The position numbers and the translations under genes were made by a program. From NCBI RefSeq assembly GCF_964355755.1, contig NC_092679.1, positions 278,201-342,200 of the forward strand: 64,000 bases of DNA. Direction: 5' to 3'. Source of the DNA: Antedon mediterranea. Its lineage: Eukaryota > Animalia > Echinodermata. Position 1 is the stretch's first letter, and each line of letters begins with the position of its first letter. The notes beneath the pieces were generated by a model. It was not told the DNA's origin. It ran no database searches and saw nothing but the letters and a program-made list of their open reading frames with translations. Below, piece after piece: positions 60,070-64,000 of the stretch.

Positions 60070-60938
60070 TGTTATGCGCGATTTGAACGATTTGCGCAAT
60101 TTGAAATTGCGCAAAAAAATCCTTGCGCAATTTGAAATTGCGCAAAGAATTCTTGCGCAATTTAAAATTGCGCAAAGATTTTTTTGCGCAATTTCAAATT
60201 GCGCAATCAACTTGCGCAATTTCAAATTGCGCAAGAAAATCTTTGCGCAATTTTAAATTGCGCTGCACAATTTGTAAATTGCGCAAGATAGTTCTTGCGC
60301 AATATGACACCTTTGCGCAATTTGAAAACGAACTGTAAATTTTCAAATTGCGCAACAAAATTCTACCAGACAATCGGTATTATAATAATTTATTGGAAAC
60401 TAAATAACTCAAAATAAAACATAATAAATGCGAAGATAACATGTGTATAATAAATACATAACATTTATTATTACAATTAAATAATATTATCACTGTAACT
60501 TGAAATAAATCAAAATAAATGTAAAAATTAAGTTTTTAATATTAGTTTAAGCTAGGCCATGTAACCTAGTCAGTATCAGTAGTCCAGACCCTAGCTAGGC
60601 TAGAGTAGTATAGCCGGCCGCCCGCGCCGCGCCCGCCTGGTGGAACACCACCGCTTCGTTTTCCTTCGTCGGTATGCTAACTTATAACAATATTTGCACT
60701 ACTAAAATAAGGAAATGCGATATTTATCTTTAATTTTGAATCATTCTTAGAAATTACTATAAAAATATGGGTGTGCATGATTTCACAATCTGTCGAAAAA
60801 CCTTGCGCAATTTGCAGATTACTTGCGCAATTTAATACGTTGCTTGCGCAATTTGAAACACATGTTTCAATTCAAATTGCGCAAGGATTTTTTTTGCGCA
60901 ATTTCAAATTGCGCAAATCGTTCAAATCGCGCATAACA
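60070..60938. mobile_element. foldback/MITE-like element with ~67-bp TIRs and arrays of TTGCGCAA palindromes
   Basis: tgttatgcgcgatttgaacgatttgcgcaatttgaaattgcgcaaaaaaatccttgcgcaatttgaa is inverted at 60871-60938; no clear TSD. Confidence 0.8.
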
Positions 60939-61193
60939 TTTATTATGTACTAGGATATTTATTTACATCATGGAATCCATGTTTATATCATACAACCAGA
61001 CGGAGATTAGAATGGCAATGGCCTATATCCCTACACGAGATAAGATTAGATAATGCACACGGACCTAGTGGGACTGGGCATATCTTTTACGAAAACTTAC
61101 ATACTGATAATACTGTACTCACAATTCGGCTGAATTTTACGTTTTGAGTGTCTATAACTATGGAACGCCTCTTCTTCCTTCAGTTCACATTTA

Positions 61194-61294
61194 TCATGCA
61201 GTACACACCAATCGTCATGCAGTACACACCAATGGTCATTCTGTACACAGTACCAATCGTCATGCAGTACACGCACACCAAACATCATGCAGTC
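61194..61294. repeat. ~21-bp degenerate tandem repeat (tcatgcagtacacaccaatcg)
   Basis: 4-5 copies visible. Confidence 0.7.
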
Positions 61295-62077
61295 ACTTTT
61301 GACGTGCTCGTATAACGTAATTTCGAGTTGGAAATTGAATTAAATATGATAACATTATTTAAGAAAGGTTGTAAAACAGAAATCGGGCCGCAAAATAGTG
61401 CATATTAACATTTAACATGCAGTGTGCGTGCAAAAAATCTGCGCACTCATTGCTATTTTTGTAATGCTTAAGGGGCCTAAATTTGGCTGAAACGTACTTT
61501 AATTTCATCAAAAATAAATGTTGACATTATACCGGTATGTGCTACACACGTAATTGTATTGCCATATGATGAAATATGACCTGAAATTTATGAGTACCAA
61601 ATTTTATTTAATTGTGATTCATGCTTGTGAAAGATATGATTACAAACGTGATTTCGTTAAATCGAGCGTAGAAAGACCGCATAATTTTTTATTGCGCATT
61701 GTGAAAAACATAACCACATCAAGTCCTGGCCATAAGAAATATACTCTGAAAAATTGACTTAGCTAGATGAAACTGATATCAAGACAAGGTCATTTATACA
61801 AGTTGTGTTTACCGACATAGTGAGCTGTAATAATAATAATATTTATTCGGTCATCAATGTAAAAATAACCAAAGAGATTCTGCACTCACTCCATACAATA
61901 CAAACAGTTCAGATAAAACCATATACATAAATTCAAATAAACTATACATAACATGAAATATAGTGTTTTGTTAGAGCAGCCTTAAATATTGAAATTGATT
62001 GTGAATCTTTTAAGTATGTCATTTGGTATTTGCTCCCATAGTCTAGGAAAGGAAAAGAGTTGCGTTGCACGCGATTA

Positions 62078-62300
62078 AAAATGGCCAAAATATCAAGTTT
62101 TTAAAATTCAATTATTATGCGTTTTTATTGCTGTATATGATCATATATTGCTTTATGATCATCTTATAGTACCATAGAACCCAATTATGTCGAAAAATAA
62201 AAAGGTCGAAAATTGCCAATTATCGAAAAAAGTCATGTACAGTACAGGGATTTTTTGAATGATATATATTTGGCTTTAAAAAAAAAAAATCCCTGTACTG
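62078..62300. repeat. diverged solo copy of the palindrome-rich host repeat family
   Basis: aaaatggccaaaatatcaagtttttaaaattcaattattatgc..tagtaccatag..ggtcgaaaa..gtacagggatt. Confidence 0.8.
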
Positions 62301-62639
62301 ATTCATAAAAAAACAAGAACATTTCATATGCTTCCCATATTTTAAACATATTTATAGTCTATATACGCACTACAATGTCCAGAAAAGTGTGAAATCTGAT
62401 TGTAGCAATTCATTAAGATACTGTGTCAGACAAAAATGATTCTAAAAATAAATTAATGTCATTTAAAAATTACCCTGTAGTTTTTTTTCTCAGAAAAAAA
62501 AAATTGACTGTTGTAGGGCTTAATATGTATTGAGGTAACATGCGCAGACCGCATTATTGTATATATATATATACAGATTATTTCAAAGGCATATTTAAGA
62601 AAACATTACCAACATTGAATAAAATTTAGTAAATTCGGA

Positions 62640-63945
62640 TCATGGAATTGGAATTAAAGATGGTGTATTGTACATTCCAATTGGTTGAAAGTTTTCTTGA
62701 ATACCAAATGCACTTGTTCCAACAACCTGGAGGGCTTGCAGTGTTGTTAGTGCTGGAGAGGCTGGTATTGCAAGAACAGCTACACGTAAACCGTAACGCA
62801 ACTCATCTGTTGGGATTGGTTGACCATTATCAGAATCAACGATACAGATCAGGTCTGGAACAGTAGCAACAATCTAAAATAACATAAAATCCATTCAACT
62901 CAATGTAAAAAATGGTAGTAAAAAGAAAATGTAATTATATGTAATATGCCAATTCCAAACTAGAAATAAAAGTTTGTAATGAAACTGAATTGAAAATATC
63001 CTGTATTATTATAATATTTGTCTTTTGTATAGAGCTTAACCAAAATAAATTTTCACTAATGCTACAACCACAAGGCTTGAAACAAGGTGGAAATTACATC
63101 ATTTCATATGTTATGCGAAAGAGATGGGTTTTCAGCAATTGTTTGAAGATGGCAATAGAATTGGCATTCTTGATTCATTGTGGAAGAGTATTCCATAAGG
63201 ATGTTTATCCAATCTATGTCTTTATAGGTCTGTGTTACTATACTCCATTTCAACACTAGTTACTTCTTGAAAAAGAAAGCATGTAAATATCCCTACCATT
63301 TCAGTGCATTGTGCGGTTGTCTTCCTTGCCAACAAGTTTTCATTCTGAAACTCCACATTCAGTGTGCTTTGACTCCATTTTAAAGTGCCCTCAATTGTCA
63401 CGTTTCCTTTGTCAAATCCTTCGTTAGTCTTTCGTGCAACATTAGAAATCTGGATAGAAAATAGGGAAAACATGAACTATTAAATTATGAAAACATTTTA
63501 GTTTTATTATTATTTGTTTGTTTCTGTCTATATAGACTAAAGTAAATAGAATGTGAAAGTGTTTCTTCAGGAAGTTTTTCGAGTTGCGACCCATGACCTA
63601 ACGAGGTCAGGTCAATAAATGTGTTCAATCAAAACAGAGTCGAGGTGGGGAGTGAAGAAACATGTTCCAATGTGCACACAGTTACATACTTTGGTAGTCG
63701 CTCATCGCCAAAACTAAAGCTTCCTAATTACACATTCATTATTATTAACTCTAATGGAAAAAATGCATACCTTGCCTATTATCAATAGAGTTCCATTTTC
63801 CTTTGTTATAATCGCATCGATCGGGGATGATGTAGCTGATAGAACTTTGTGTCCAAGATGGCGAGCTCGGCTTAATGAGTACAGAACACTCTTTTCTAAA
63901 ATTTCGGACTTAGTTAAAGGATTGAAGCTCAAAGCCGCTGAACAC
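62640..63945 (-). CDS. DUF917-family domain protein (thiohydantoin desulfurase-like; often fused to hydantoinase/oxoprolinase in eukaryotes), last three exons: 63771-63945, 63297-63449, 62640-62873; 5' part beyond window
   Basis: spliced frame ...SLSRARHLGHKV..PIDAI..ENGTLLIIGK|ISNVARKTNEGFDKGNVTIEG..VEFQNENLLA..|IVATVPDLICIVDSDNGQPIPTDELRYGLRVAVLAIPA..VVGTSAFG..*; FQNE, VPDLI and LRYG are recalled DUF917 motifs; GT-AG introns in phase. Confidence 0.85.
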
Positions 63946-64000
63946 CTGTCGACAAAACGCATAAATCAGGTGAAGTGAAATAAATAAGAAAGTATTTTTG

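Noticed and set aside
60074-60953. ORFs rich in LRN/AQF repeats
   Set aside because: They are translations of the TTGCGCAA palindrome array, open in several frames.
61097-61288. ORF with VLHDDW repeats, or a possible non-coding first exon of PET117 (minus-strand gtgagt donor near 61122)
   Set aside because: The ORF derives from a 21-bp tandem repeat. The exon idea cannot be supported without transcript data.
62642-63978. Plus-strand ORFs 62642-62866, 62990-63259 and 63754-63978
   Set aside because: Two are antisense shadows of DUF917 exons and one is intronic. The conserved motifs and splice sites are on the minus strand.

Overview
This is AT-rich, intron-containing animal (probably marine invertebrate) genomic DNA, not prokaryotic. 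From left to right it contains: (1) 1-20 kb, an alpha-actinin gene on + with its first coding exon upstream of the window. I spliced 20 exon positions by hand (GT-AG, frame-consistent, 2580 nt = 859 aa + stop, ending in GESDL*). The gene carries three tandem 88-nt copies of the first CH2 exon that must be mutually exclusive, plus a candidate 48-nt cassette exon in spectrin repeat 3. (2) 22.7-26.9 kb, an apparently intact single-ORF CR1/L2-group LINE (hydrophobic leader, 2A-like DVSLNPGP, PHD finger, APE endonuclease, RT). (3) 28.1-58.1 kb, a 30-kb satellite built from 98-bp, 215-bp and ~579-bp modules, each carrying an 11-6-11 palindrome. It sits at the dyad centre of a palindrome in a host repeat, and both its ends fall at the apex of its own hairpin. 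(4) 58.9-64 kb, a two-exon PET117 gene missed by the ORF track, a TTGCGCAA-rich foldback element, and the last three exons of an intron-containing DUF917-domain gene, both genes on -. All identifications come from manual translation and recalled family motifs; no database searches were run.
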